The translations under genes were made by a program, and so were the position numbers. A stretch of 64,000 nucleotides of DNA from Cyanophora paradoxa CCMP329 (Eukaryota; Plantae; Glaucophyta). This document shows positions 1 to 12,565 of this stretch, in pieces. The notes under the pieces are model-generated. The model was not told where the DNA came from. It ran no database searches and saw nothing but the letters and a program-made list of their open reading frames with translations. Position 1 is the first letter of the stretch. Each line of letters begins with the position of its first letter. The stretch is from assembly GCA_004431415.1 (NCBI GenBank), contig QPMI01000527.1, positions 1 to 64,000 on the forward strand, in the 5' to 3' direction.

Positions 1-5
1 GTAAA

Positions 6-1429
6 ATGGCCAAGGACCCCAAGAAGCCGAAGAAGCCGAAGGCGGCCAAGCCCCAGCCCGCCAGCCCGCAGGCGCAGCGCCCGCGGCCCCGCCCCGCCGG
101 CCAGGCCACCGGCACGGGCTCGGGCACGGCCCCCGCCGCCGCGCCAGCTGCGCCATGGCATGCAGAAGGACGGCCAGCAGCTCACGCCCGAGCAGGTCAA
201 CGCCTTTCCTCGACAACTCGAAGACGGGCGGCATCGAGCGCATGGCCTGCCTGCCCGAGCTCAAGTGGTTCGACGTGAACACCGTCAAGTCCGACGCCAC
301 GTCGTCTGCGTCGCAAGCGGCGCACGGCAAGTCCTTCTTCCTCCGCGATCTCATGTTCAACCTCTCCGGCACCTTCCCGGGGGGTATCGTGATCAGCCAG
401 ACCGATCGCCTGAACGGCTACTGGAAGCAGTACATCCGCAGCGCTTCATCTGGCCCAAGTACAACCCGGGCGTGCTCTTCCATTTATTCAGGAGGCAGCA
501 GGCGATCATGCAGCACAACAAGTCCGAAGACGTGCTGCGGGAAAGGAGGATCCCGTCGACCCGCGATTTTTCGTGTTGCTCGACGACGTGATTTCCGACG
601 CTCGGCTGCGGTACGACGAGGCCCTCAACGAGCTCTTCGTGGCGGGCGCCACTACAAAATCATGACCCTTATCACGACGCAGTATGCCAAGGGCATCAAT
701 CCCGTCCTGCGCTCCAATACTGATCTGGCTGTCATTTTCAAGTGCTCGCAGGCGATGCAGCGCGAGGCCCCGCAAAGGAGTGGGGCGACATCATCTCCAG
801 CGCGCCTTCTACTACCTGCTCGATAAGTACACGCAGGATAACCACTGCCTTATCATCGATTCTTCCAACAACTCTACGAACCCTCTGGACGTTTGTACGT
901 CTACAAGGCCGAGGAGCCGCCCCCCTTCCGCATCGGATCCAAGGAGTACTGGGAGGGCGAAACCGTCAACGGAGAAAATCTCGTGGGTCCGGACGACGGC
1001 ACGGTGGACAAGACGCTCCTCGGCATGATAGATAATTTCAGGAAGCACCGCGGCCCGCCTGATTTTTCTGAGCTCGTGCGTAAGCAGTCGCCAGCGCCCA
1101 CACGCCTCCGTCTTCCGCGTCGAGTCCATCGCTTACGACTGCCTCCTGGAGCGAGCCTCGACCCCTCTCGCCCTTTAACGACGGCGAGGTCAGCAGCGCC
1201 CTGGAAGGATCTGCGACGCGCTGGAATTACTGGGAGCGCCTGACCGCGGAGCGCGGACGAGCCGCGGCCGAGTCGCTGGGCAGTGAGGACACCACTCGGA
1301 GGAGATGACAGACAAGAGGGAACAGGGTGATTACGTGCGCGACCCGGACGATTTTGCGACCTCGAATCGGGCTCGAGAGGAGGCAGAGAGACCGAGGACG
1401 AGGACTCCGACGCTAGGCGCGCCCCTTAA
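6..1429 (+). CDS. A32-like (FtsK/HerA family) virion DNA packaging ATPase, frameshifted; 3' end approximate
   Basis: Joined frames give a Walker A-like ..HGKSFFLRDLM, Walker B (F)VLLDDVISD, GRHYKI, ITTQYAKGINPVLRSNTD and LDKYTQDNHCLIID..YKAEEPPPFRIGSKEYW. These are typical of NCLDV/virophage/PLV A32 ATPases. Confidence 0.92.
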
Positions 1430-1451
1430 AAATTTCCGAGGCGCTAGGAAA

Positions 1452-1772
1452 ATGTCAAAGTGCTCCTAGGCTCTCCAGGCTATCGTGCAGTACGCCCTCG
1501 CCTGGCATCCGCTCCTCATCGACGCCGCTTCTCTCGCACGAAGGCGAAAACAGGCGGCCACGCAGCCGAGCTCGCCGCGCAAGTCGCCGTCAACGGCCTC
1601 TCCTCGGCCTGCTCTCGAAATACGTGCTCACCCTCAAGTTCTTCGACGACGACCCCACCGGCGGAATATGTTCATCCTCGGATTCACACACGGGCAGACG
1701 AACATGCTAATCAAGGCTACCAGCGCCAGCTTCGAATCAAGCAGCGCTCGAGCGGAAGCCGCCGATCACTAA
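1452..1772 (+). CDS. Small viral hypothetical protein, frameshifted
   Basis: ATG at 1452 preceded by the shared upstream motif; coding-like fragments in alternating frames. Confidence 0.45.
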
Positions 1773-1779
1773 AGAGTAG

Positions 1780-2703
1780 CTAAAGAGTAGGAAAGAAATG
1801 CCAGTCGTTGTACTCGCAGATCCTGTTCCAAATCGAATCTAACTCCGAGAGTTTCTGCCTGCTCTTGAGCAAGGGGAAAAGGAGTGCTGGCAAATCCAGC
1901 AGCACGAAAATCTGCCTGAAAACGTAATTGTAGTTGAGCATGTTCTTCCTGCCCTCGACTTGAACATGCTGAAGGGGACCTCCACCAGGGCGAACATCTC
2001 CTGCACCCGGTCCATGTCCTCCGCGCTCATCGGAGGCGGCGCTCGCCCGTGATGCGCCACTTGATCTGCGCCCAGCGCTCGATGTACTTCTGCTGCTTCA
2101 GAGCCCGGAGAACTTGGCGGATATTGTCTTTGCTCCACTCCTTCCCGCCATCGCCTCGCAATAGCTGCCAGCACGTCCTCGGTACCGGAGAATCCTCCAG
2201 GCAGTGCTGCTTAAGTCGCTCGGAAACGTGGTACTTGCGCAGGTAGTTGCTGTGGAGCTCGCTGACAGCCAGGGTTGATGTCCGATAATAAAGATCCAGG
2301 ACCAGACGCAGCCTTGCAACCAGATCCCATCCAGGTGAACACCAACGAGGGCGGTAGAGCTGCAATTCCGCAGGGACAGCGGCTTCGCCTTGGGGCCTTG
2401 GTGCGGCGGTTGCGCTTGCGGGGCGCTCTCCGCCCCGAGGTAGGATTGGCGATGGCGGCGCGGCGGCGGGTACGGTGCCGGAGTGTCGAAGTCTGGGTCC
2501 CCTCGTCGTGAAGGATGGCGCGTAGCGCTGGATCTGCTCGAAGTTTCGGAGAGGAGATCGATTTCGTTAGAGTCTGCATTCCTGAGCCTCGTACTGCAGC
2601 TGAGCTATTCCCTGCAGAACCAACAGGTTGGCTCTCAGAGGAGAGTGGGTCCCACTTGCAAGTGAGGAAGCACTTGTTGCAGAAGCGTTGCTCAGGTGAT
2701 CAT
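1780..2703 (-). CDS. VLTF3: Viral late transcription factor 3 (poxvirus A2L-like), frameshifted; start uncertain
   Basis: Reconstructed NYLRKYHVSERLKQ..., MFALVEVPFSMFK..GRKNMLNYNYVFRQIFVLLDLP..FPLLKSRQKLSELDSIWNRICEYNDWHFFPTL-stop, matching the VLTF3 C-terminal signature. Cys-rich N-terminus. Confidence 0.9.
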
Positions 2704-2796
2704 GTGAGGCTCAGTGATGCTCAGTGAGTGCGGACGTACCCCGGGCCCCACGTGGAAGCTCACCCAGCCTCGGAAATTTTCTAGCCTTGGTCTGAC

Positions 2797-3583
2797 ATGC
2801 TCAACCTCATCGCGAGGCGTGGCAGCAAACAGGCAAGCCCGGCACCGAACCCTCACCTCCGCATGACGCCTCCGGCCGCTCCGGGTAGAGACGCACATCG
2901 TGTGGGCAACATCAACGACAAGGTGCTGGCGCCCGACAAGACGTGGTTCCAGAAGTGCTGGACGCGGCGCCCGTGAGGAAACTGAACGGGAGGATCGGCC
3001 GCAGCGCGAGTCGAATTTCATGATCACCATCCAGACCAACTACAAGCCGCGGAGCAGGGAGAGGCTCCAAGGTGCAGGACGCTTTCACAGGGGCTGGAGG
3101 CCCTCTTCTACGACGACAGGCAGCTGGCGCGGTGCATAAAGATGGGGGTGTACCCCGACAAGGCGAACCCCAAGGGCTTCGATTTCAAGTCCGACCAGTA
3201 CGACACGCACGTGGAGAAGGGCAACGCGAACATCGGCATCGAGTACGGGCGCGGTCGGGGCGGCTCCACGCGCACATCTGCTCACGCTGGTGCACTACTC
3301 GCGCGTGCAATTCGACGGCAAGAAGGCGTCGGATTTCCTCATCAAGTTCATGCAAACGGAGGGGCAGGCGGCCTGCCGAATTTCTACAAGGACGACTGGT
3401 TCGGGGAGGAGTACAGAAGACGGCGGTGCGGCCGATACGGAGAAAGACGCCCTCGCATGCAGTGGACGGGCAAGGAGACGGCTACAGGAAGCGAGAAACC
3501 GCCAGCAGATGCACGTAGACGTAAAATTGCTGCCGCAGAGCAACCTTAAGGATCTGCTGCAGCTGTACATTACGAAGACGTAG
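2797..3583 (+). CDS. HUH superfamily (Rep-like) endonuclease, copy 1, frameshifted
   Basis: Motif I SNFMITIQTN, motif II GIEYG..GRLHAHI, motif III LLQLYITKT (YxxK). Confidence 0.8.
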
Positions 3584-3637
3584 AGCCCTCGAGACGGCGC
3601 TGTAAAGCTCGTGTAAATTTTTTCTCGTGTCCAATAA

Positions 3638-4629
3638 ATGCCTCCGAAGCGCCGAGGCCGCAAGAAGAAGCCAGAGAGCTCGAGCGAGTCAGAGGAAGAG
3701 GAGCCCACGTCCCGTCCTCCGAGTCGGAGGAAGAAGAGGAGGAAGAGGAAGAGGAGCCGGAGCCTAAGCGAAGGGCAAGGGCAAGGGGAAGGGAAAGGAA
3801 AGGCAAAGGGAAACGCGCCCGATACCGGCGTGGACGAGCTCGAGACGCCCGTCGTTGAGATTCCGAAGCGATACGTGCTGGTCAGGCGAGGACGGCATAT
3901 TCCAGCAGCAGAAGAGCATATCCGATTACATCAAGCTCTCGGCCACCAAAGAAGTTCAGATGCTCCCATCGCTGCTCGATAAATCATACCACGAGCCCGC
4001 GACCCTCTGGAGCATCCACAGCGAAATCGAGTACGATAAACTCCCCGAGGAGCGACTGCGCGCCATACCGCGCACGTACCAGAGCGCGCAGAAATCGCCG
4101 CCAATCTGCTACCGCTGCCTTCGCCTCATGTACGAAGCCACGCCCGTGCCGAGCGCCAAGGGGCCAACACGCCAGAGAAAATCGCCGCGAGGGAGGCAGC
4201 GCAGGCGAGGAAGGATGCCGTGTACGAAGAGTACGTCGCGGTCATAGAGAAGGCAAACGCGTGGGCGGCCAAGCAAAACGGCAAGGGAAAGAAAAGGGCC
4301 AGGAGCCGTACCCCTCATCAAGGACAAGAAGCCGCGCAGGTGCCCACGGTGTCGCCCAGAAACTCGTGGCTCTGCCAGAAGTGCGTCACGCTGCTCGGCA
4401 ACAAGGCCTGCTCGTGATCTTGGCCTGCAGAGGCGAAAGAGGGGCGACACGGCCACCGTCTCCAAGCAGACGCGCGACCACATGGTCGAGAGCGTGCTCG
4501 CGGGCCGAAGCCAAGACACGAAAAAGGCAAAGGATACGGCCGCTGACTCGATCGTCCGTCATCGAGCCAACTCTGCGCAGTCGAAAATCAGAAAGGCGAA
4601 AATCGTGGCGCCGAGCATGGAAGATTTAA
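3638..4629 (+). CDS. Viral hypothetical protein with NLS-like basic/acidic N-terminus and CxxC pairs, frameshifted
   Basis: MPPKRRGRKKK, poly-E tract, CYRC and WLCQKC. Upstream motif present; stop overlaps the next start (TAATG at 4627-4631). Confidence 0.55.
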
Positions 4630-5637
4630 TGGCAACCTTCGCGACGCGCAAGAGGTAAAGCAGAACATAGAGAAGGCGAAAACGGACTGCAGGCGGCGCA
4701 GGCAAACGGCTGGAGGCGCTCGAGAAGGTGATCACGGAAATCAGCGAGACGGGCGGTCGTCTTCATCCTCAACAAAAAGAATCCCGACGGAAGCACGCGG
4801 TACGACATACGACAGGCGCGCCAGTCGCGCTACTGGGTGCTCTTCAACACCCACAAGCGCCTGGAGAGGCGCGAGAATTCGAGGCGGCGGCGCTGCGCGA
4901 CAGCCTCGCAGAGGTGCTCTCGGATGCAGAATTCTACAAGTTCATACGCTTCAATATGAAGGAAGAGAACGGCAAGTACAAGGACGACACGTACGCCAAC
5001 GCAATCATCGGAATTCGCGTGCAAGGGGCGTGGAGGTGGGGCCGACGGACGGCGCGCTGCACGCCACGTGCTGGTGACGATCGATCACATATCGAATTTG
5101 CAGGTGCTGTGGCGAATTACGACTGGGTGGTGCTGCTGAAGGAGAAGGAGCCGAGCACCACGACGGTGTACGAGCGGCTGCACCAAATTCTGTCCGCGAA
5201 ATTCACGGCGGCGGGGCAGCGCCTCGTAGACCAGAAGAGGCAGAGGCAGGGCCTCAACCGAGCATCGATACGATGGTGGAAATCGCAGAGCTCGAGCGCA
5301 TGCTGACGGAAGAGAAGATAGGCATGGGGAAAGATCCGCCCACCGTCCTTGCGTCGCTGATCCCAGAGGAAAATTACGCGAGCAAGCTGCAGGAGTACCT
5401 CTCAAAGACGCTGCCCGACAAGCAGAGGCGCGATTTACTGAAAGAGTGGTCGCACGCGCGAAACACGAACAACACCGACAACAACACGGACGGGTACCTC
5501 TTCACGATTTTCCAGGCGGACGCCGGCAGGCGGACGATCCCCGCTTCGCGCCGCAGGCCGCGGAAATCGGCGACCTGAGGGCCAGGGCCGAGGGCGCGGC
5601 AAAGGCAAGGGCGCGGAAGGGAAGGGGTAGCGGATAA
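4629..5637 (+). CDS. HUH endonuclease, copy 2 (paralog of 2797-3583), frameshifted
   Basis: SRYWVLFNTHK (motif I), VEVGPTDGALHA[H]VLVTIDH (restored by a 1-nt insertion) and KLQEYLSKT (YxxK), collinear with copy 1. Confidence 0.75.
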
Positions 5638-5658
5638 TAAATCTGACGGCCCGCGAAA

Positions 5659-5919
5659 ATGTTCCAGGGGGAATGCACCCACTCGGACATCATCACCGTC
5701 GTCTGCGGCGCGCTCTTCCTGTCTCGGAGCTGCTGGCGGCACGGAGCGCGTCGGCCCAACACAGTGCTGGGCGCCCTGAAGGCGGCGGCCCTTAGGTCGT
5801 CCGCCGCGGACAGCCCGAGCCCGAACCCCCACCGAGCAGCAGAGGCGCGAGAGCACGCAGAACATAGGCCGCACCACGTCGACATTCAGATGACGCAAAC
5901 CGGTACCGTTTTTTTCTAG
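5659..5919 (+). CDS. Small putative membrane protein
   Basis: ORF with hydrophobic segment IITVVCGALFL; upstream motif present. Confidence 0.4.
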   Translation: MFQGECTHSDIITVVCGALFLSRSCWRHGARRPNTVLGALKAAALRSSAADSPSPNPHRAAEAREHAEHRPHHVDIQMTQTGTVFF

Positions 5920-5931
5920 AGAACATGGGAA

Positions 5932-6276
5932 ATGGAGACTCCCGCGACACCAGCCCCCAGCGCAGAGGCTCCAGCGCCCAGCAACTCCAGCAGCAGCACC
6001 GCGGCCTACCCTTGGCTTCTTAGACTTACGCGCGAAAGAAGCAGCAGCAGCCGAAGGCACCGGCGGAAATGGCGGCTGACCTGGATCGGTGCACCCGCCG
6101 CGCCATCGCGAGCTACGCCAAGCGCGTCGAGCAGTACCACCCCAGATGGCAGAGGACGCCCGGCGTACCGAAGAACCCGCCGCGAGCCCGCCCGTGATGG
6201 CCGCCGTCATCGACCGGCTGCAGTGGCGCTGCACGAGGAGGGAGAGCGCGTCAGGAATTTCTTCATGCCCAAGTAA
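5932..6276 (+). CDS. Small viral hypothetical protein
   Basis: ORF preceded by TTTTTCTA-N-AAATG; probably frameshifted internally. Confidence 0.4.
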   Translation: METPATPAPSAEAPAPSNSSSSTAAYPWLLRLTRERSSSSRRHRRKWRLTWIGAPAAPSRATPSASSSTTPDGRGRPAYRRTRREPARDGRRHRPAAVALHEEGERVRNFFMPK

Positions 6277-6298
6277 ATTTCTGAATGGGCCCTTAACA

Positions 6299-6481
6299 AT
6301 GTCGTCCATGCTCCCGAGCCTCGATGATATCACCAGCGATTCCCGCTACCTGGCAGCCTGCTGACCCTCGCGCGGTCGCCTACATGTCGCCCGCGCGCTA
6401 CTACCTCGTGCGGATCCTCGCCGCGCAGTTCGCGGCTACTACTTCGTGGGCCTACCTCCTCAACGGCCTGAGGAAGGCATA
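6299..6481 (+). CDS. Small two-TM membrane protein (~60 aa), frameshifted
   Basis: MSSMLPSLDDITSDSRYLAA(L)LTLA(A)VAYMSPARYYLVRILAAQF..YYFV..LLNGLRKA-stop; upstream motif present. Confidence 0.5.
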
Positions 6482-6504
6482 ATTTCTCAGGCCCTTCCTA
6501 AATA

Positions 6505-6951
6505 ATGTCCTGCGTCAACCTCTACGTCCAGTCGAACGGAGAGACGCAGGATTCCGAGGGCTTCTGGCGCCTCAGGCTGAACCAGATCCCCGCCGACATC
6601 GACACGCTGCAGATCAAGGCGTCTACCTGGAGCTGGACACGACCGCGATTCCGGACCCACCGCCGCGAAAACCGTCAACGTTCTGCTGATGGACGTGCCC
6701 GACTTGAACGTCACGACCATCTCGAACGTCAACACGTGCATCAACAAGGTCGTGATCCCGACGTGGGCCACGACGGCCTCGAGAACACCATCCTCTACTG
6801 GTTCGAGGTGCCCATGGCCGTGCGCCCGAACTACGTCGCGTACGACAAGTTCCAGGAGCTGCGCGTGCGCTTCACCGACATCACGGGCGCCACCAAGAAG
6901 AACAACGCCTTCATCGTCAAGAACTTCGGCCTCTGGGCCTTTGCGAAATAG
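6505..6951 (+). CDS. Beta-rich viral protein, possible single jelly-roll minor capsid/penton-like
   Basis: Alternating hydrophobic strands VNLYVQS, WRLRLN, TLQIK, VLLMDVPDL, KFQELRVRFTDITG. The fold is inference only. Confidence 0.4.
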   Translation: MSCVNLYVQSNGETQDSEGFWRLRLNQIPADIDTLQIKASTWSWTRPRFRTHRRENRQRSADGRARLERHDHLERQHVHQQGRDPDVGHDGLENTILYWFEVPMAVRPNYVAYDKFQELRVRFTDITGATKKNNAFIVKNFGLWAFAK

Positions 6952-6971
6952 ATTTTCGCAGGCCCCCTTAA

Positions 6972-7442
6972 ATGCGCCTGATCATATTCCCGCGAAAGGC
7001 TCGGGCGTCAAGACGCGCACCTTTACGGGCGTGCCTGGCTACCCTCGCCCTCACTTACAGAGTCGATCTTGTAACCGCCTCTGGTCCAATTAAATACGGG
7101 CTGCTGCACAGCCTCAGTCACATCCGTCTCGGCGAGAGCGCATGGCAGGACTTGGCCTTAATCGTAGAATTCGAGTACAGGGGGTAGACACGCTAACGGC
7201 GAGCACGTTTACAGGGTACGGGTAGCAAGGGAGGGTACTCGCTGCCGAACGGCACGGCGGGAATACTGGGAGCCGAAAATACGCGACGCCTCCGAGCCTA
7301 CCGCTGGCTGCGTGACGAGCAGATCACTATCAGGCCCGATTACCCCTACGCCGACGTTTTCTGCAGGTGCCCGTGGGCCGTTGGACAACGGGCGAGGTGA
7401 GCGGCAAGCTGAAGTGGACGTGGGACGCGGAGCATTAGTTAA
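6972..7442 (+). CDS. Viral hypothetical protein, heavily frameshifted
   Basis: ATG preceded by the shared motif; fragments such as LALIVEFEYRG. Confidence 0.35.
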
Positions 7443-7463
7443 TTTTTCTCTCTCGCGGATAAA

Positions 7464-10400
7464 ATGTCGATGCTCGACGACCCCTGGCGCATGGCCATCC
7501 CGAATCCGGACGAGGTGCTGAACGGCGCCTTCGCGATAGACGGGAGCCTGAGCGTGAGGGGAATTTACGCGGACGAGATAAGGCTGCGCAAGGGCGCGAC
7601 CTACAGCGATTTCCTGACGTCCGTCGTACCTTGGACGATTACGGTGACCTCACCGCAATTATCAAGGGGCTCTGGGGCGTCACGACCGAGACGGCGTGGA
7701 CTGGAACATTATTAAGAGGCGGCCGACGTGAAAATCGCAAACTCCGTTACAGCGAAAGACGCCACCCTGAACCTCGTGAAACTGACTCTAAAGGGCGCAG
7801 AGGGGACGTGAGCCCGGGTACAACGCACTCGAGCGCATCGCGGGCCCCCTGCGCCACATCTACTGGAGCCGCCAGGCGCTGCCGAGCATGGAGCCCGAGC
7901 AGTACAGGCGCGACAGGGAGGAGTTTTTCGCGTGGTTCGACCACTTCAAGGTGAACATCCGCGCCCTGAGCGCCGACAGGACGGGCGAGACGCCGGAGAC
8001 GACGGGCGGGGCCGCATCCCAACGGCACCCGACGTGCTCCCCGATCGCTCAGACTGGGCGAAGACGCAGAACTGGGCGCTGAAGGACCACTTCCACGACG
8101 AGAGGTACGCCCTCGTCAAGCACCCGCATGTGAAGGCCGACATCACGGACTGGCGCACCGCCACCTGTACGACGACATCATCGGCGGCCCAAGGTGCCGG
8201 GCGCGATTCCGGGTGGGGTACGGGCGGCGGAAGCACGGGAGGTGGGGTACAGCACCGGGGGTGGGGTACAGGCACCGGGGGTGGGGTACAGGCACGGGGG
8301 CGGAGGGGCTCCAGTGGCACGCCCGTGGGAGGGGCGGGGGTAGCAGCGGCTCGGGTGGCGGCGGCTCGGGCGGAGAGAGCGGCGGAGGGGGTACGCTCGT
8401 GCCGATCCTTGGTACAACAACGGGAATCTTCGGCGCGGCCCTGATTGCAGGCGGTGCAAAGTACTACAGGGATCGGAAGGCGTACGAAAGGGACATTGCA
8501 GAGCTGCAGAAAGATAACAAAACGATCGTTTACTCAGACGAGCAGGTGAGAATACTGGCAGAGGAGCTGAAGACAAGGGAGCGGCAATTTAACGAAATGA
8601 GGACAGCGGCCGAGAAAAAGATAGCGGACGATTTGAAAGAGGCGAGCGATAGAATTGAGAAATCCCTGGAGGCCGAGGAGAAAGCCGAGATCCGGAAGAG
8701 AGAGGCCGATAGGATCGTGGAAAACGCGATAAGGGAGGCAAAGGAGCAGGCAAGGACCGAGCTGGAGAAACTGGACATGGAAATAGCAAACAAGGTCAAC
8801 ATAGCAAACGAGGTCGAAGAGGGCACAAAGATGCTGGACGATGAGCGAAAGGCAGCGGAGGAGCAAGCCAGAAAAGCAAAGGAGGATTTAAGGCAGCTCG
8901 AACTGCGAGAACAGGAGAGGCAGAAGGCAGAGGGCTCGCATCCACCATACGATTCAACCTAGAGCAGCAAGTGAAAACGCTGACGGCCGAGCTGCAGAGG
9001 ATAGGGACGGCTGTGCCAAGGGGCACAATGGAGACGCAGACGACGCCAAGGCCCGATCCAAGGCCGGCCGCCGAGAGGCTGCCCTTCGCGCGGCTGGGTA
9101 GGAGCGACCAGGTGGAAGAGCTCATTGGCCTCACGCTCGAGGATCAGAGGGCCCTCTTCGACGCGTTAGAGCAGCGGCGCAGGGCGGACGAGGAGGCAGC
9201 TGCCAAGACAGAAGAGGAACGACTGAAGGCAATGCAAACTGCATCAGACGAGGAATTTGCACGGCTGGAGGAGCCGAAGGTAGCGGAGCGTAAGCGACGA
9301 CTGGAGACGTTCAGGGGGCGCAGATGGATTTTTACCGCTCGGAGCTCAAAAGACTGAAAGAAGGAAATGCATCGGGGACAGGCTCCGCGCCATGGAAGAG
9401 AACATGCGCGACTTTAGCTACGTTATGGATCAGCTGACGGGAAGGGGTCAGAAAGACGCCGAAGAACTGAGGAGAAAGATGGCCGATGAGAAGTGGAAAA
9501 ACTTGAGCGTCAGGCTGTTCAGAGGCCCATCAGCGATGCCATCTGGATAGCATACGGCGACGTGGAGGAGATGCACAGAGAACTGCGGACGGAAGCGAGC
9601 CTGTGGCGGGGAGCCCTCGAATGGTCACTGTACCGGATACAAAAGGGGGAGTTTTTGGCAGAGCTGCGAGCCAATCCGAAAACGGTGAGCGCGGGCGCAC
9701 AGAGCGCGTACCTCTCCATGGTCGATTACGTGGGCAAGCTGAGCAAATTTTGGGAAATGCGAAGAGCCATCATTCCAGCGGAGGGGCTCGCGCAGTACGA
9801 TGCCATGGTGCGCGATCTGGAGGCCTTCAAACGTGAGCACCCACCCGCCAAATACAAGATTCACATAGATACGACGGCATTCATGGGCGATCTAAGGAAG
9901 AGAGGAGACGAGGCCAAGAGTCAGATCGAGGAGCGCTACAGAAAGGCCCAAGCGGACAAGGAGTACGCAAACAGGGTGATCGAAGAGCGGAAGCAGCAAG
10001 CCAAGGAGAACGCGGCGAGACGCAACGCCGAGATAGAAGAGCAGAGGCGGAAGATCGCAGAGCGCAAGGCGGCAGAGGAAGAGGCAAGAAAGACCAAGGT
10101 AGAGACAGAGTACCAAGCATTGAAACGGGAGGCCAATCAACTGTTAAAAAGGAGGGGAAGGGCCTACGCCGACGAGGGCGCGGGCGTGGGCTCGGCCAGC
10201 CCGGACGACATCACCCTCGCGGAAAGGACGACGTTTCCGTAGAGGAAATGCGCCCGGGCACGGCTCGCCTGCCCTCCGAGGGCGTATTTCAGACGCTCGA
10301 CAGGCGCGTGATGGCGACTCGGACGTTATTCTGCGCAACGCCCTCATGCCCTACGGCGACTGGAACCGCGCCACCGCCGACGCCCTTGCCGATTTCGACC

Positions 10401-12541
10401 TCGAGCGATTCACCACCAAAGAGCAGCGCGACGCCTTCCTGGGGCGCCCGAGGGCCAGGCGGCCCGGGGTGGCCAAGGAGGCCTTCAGCGCAGAGACCCT
10501 CTTCTCCGCGATGGGTACGGCGAACAACGACGGCATGTCTTTCGGGGCAGCCGATTTATTTCAGGGGGCGGGCATCGACTTGGTGGGCGCCGGGCTGGGG
10601 GTACGGGCTCGCGGGCCATGCGGCGGCGGGCGCGGCGGCGGCCGGCCTTGGGCTGGCGACGGCGGGCGGCCTGCTCTCGGCCTACCAGGCGCTCTCGCAG
10701 GGCAAGATAGGGGAGGCCGAGTTCTTCGATACGTTCCGCGATCAGATGATCATGACGGTCGGCTCTTTTGGCCTTCAGACGGGCATGTCGTCCGCCCTGA
10801 GCGCCCTCACGAAAATGAGGATCGGCACGGTGGGCGGACTTGGCCTGTCCATCCTCGCGGGCGCCATCGCGCAGGTGATCGTGGATATCATCAACGGGCG
10901 CAGCGCGGAAGAAATCGTGAAGAACTTTTTCAAGTACCCCGTCGACTGGGCGACCGACACCATACAGTTCATCGCGGAGCTCTCGCAACAGATCTACGAC
11001 TGGGGCGTCGAGACGTGGGCGACGAGGCGAGCCAGCTGCGCAACCGAATTAATCGGCTGGAGGGCGAGCTGGGCTCCGGATTTTTGGGTGTGTACGACCC
11101 CTCGGAGGCGCGCGAAATGGCCTCGCTCTTGGCCCAGGAGCTGCGGTTAAACGAAATCAAGGAGCCGAAGGAGCTGCAGGCCTTCATTCGCGCGCTCGAC
11201 AACAGCATCAACGATTACCGTACCCCCAAGGACCAGAAGACCCTGCTCGAAATCGATCGCGCGACCGTGCTCTTCCTCTCCCAGCTCACCGTTAAAATGC
11301 AGGAGGGCTTCGGGTCGACTTCGCTCGCCCTGAGTCGACTTATGCGCGACCTGAAGCAGATGATAAAGGAGGAGACCAAGGGGCGGAAGCGCGTCTTAAT
11401 TGCCGTCTACCAGGAGGCCTCAACAGGATCAATCACATCGAAGCCCTAAGGCGCGAATTCGGCTCGGCCATCCGTCACTCGGGCGTCTCGTCGAACGGAG
11501 GGGCGCAGGTGGCCCGCCTGGCGGACGCCAACTCGCGCCTCGAGATTCCCGGACCTTCCGCATGCAGGATTGGTGGGAGGCCGAGGCCTTCAGGAATTAC
11601 GGGGCCTTCATAGACAACGGGATCAATTCGCAGAGCCCCAAGGCAAACTGGCTGGTACCCAAGGCCTACGTCGATAAATTGGTTGACAGGCCTGCAGCAC
11701 CATACACCAAGAAGATCGCCAAAGGCATCGAGTACTGGGCGCCCGAGCCAGGCCAGCCCGTGTTTGCATCGCAGAACTACGAGTGGCACATGGCGCCGGG
11801 GCGAGCCAGGCCGTGAGCACCGTGGGCGTTGCCGTGCCGCAGCTGGCGACGGTGGCACACACGGGGCGTATGCAGATCTCAGCGGGAGGCCGACGATACC
11901 CGTGATACCAACAACGTGGGCGTGGGATAGCATCACGGGAAGCCGAGTACGTATCCCCACGCAGACCACCAGCACACCATCTCTCAGATCAGCGACTGGA
12001 CGGCCCCGGACTTGACGAACATCTCCGTGGATTGGGACAACGTAACGGGCAAGCCACTTACCTTCCCCCCTCTACACACAGTCACAATGTGTACTGGATA
12101 ATGTCATCGACCGACCCACTTCCTTCCCACCCTCTACGCACAGTCACACAGAGTACTCGCTCACCAGCCACGGCACAGAAACGTGAACATGGATGCGTAC
12201 ATAACGCACGGCACGTCCTTCCACTCCTACGCTGCGTACACGGAGTTTAACATCAATTCAACATACACGGTGACGTTCAACATTACATTCGGACAGGCGT
12301 ACGACACTGGAGGCGGACTGGGGACCCCAGCAAACCCAACGCCGGTTATTAACGTAACCCCTCGTTCGACATCAATCCCGGCGGCAGCACGGATGTCGAT
12401 TTCTACGGGGCCAACGTCACGGCGGTGAGTCACACTGGCTTTACAGTTAAAGTGAGATTCCAACCCAGAATGACGGTCACGCCCACCCAAATTGTCCAGC
12501 TTTTTATTCATTGGACCGCGATCGGCAAGCTGCTTATGTAA
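7464..12541 (+). CDS. Very large (~1,600-1,700 aa) coiled-coil protein with hydrophobic helices, structural/tape-measure-like; many frameshifts, may be more than one gene
   Basis: Successive overlapping plus-strand ORFs (7464, 7888, 8213, 8971, 9493, 10346, 12183) with E/K/R/A-rich heptads, Gly/Ala-rich hydrophobic segments (GIFGAALIAGG; GLGLSILAGAIAQVIVDII) and a Thr-rich beta-like C-terminus. No internal copy of the upstream motif noticed. Confidence 0.55.
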
Positions 12542-12565
12542 TCGATTTTCTGATGCAATCCAAAA

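Noticed and set aside
3638-4629. VLTF2 assignment
   Set aside because: CxxC pairs are present but the VLTF2 CWxC...FCS..C pattern was not seen.
2797-5637. Helitron or CRESS-virus Rep
   Set aside because: No fused PIF1 or SF3 helicase, and the genes are embedded among dsDNA virus genes.
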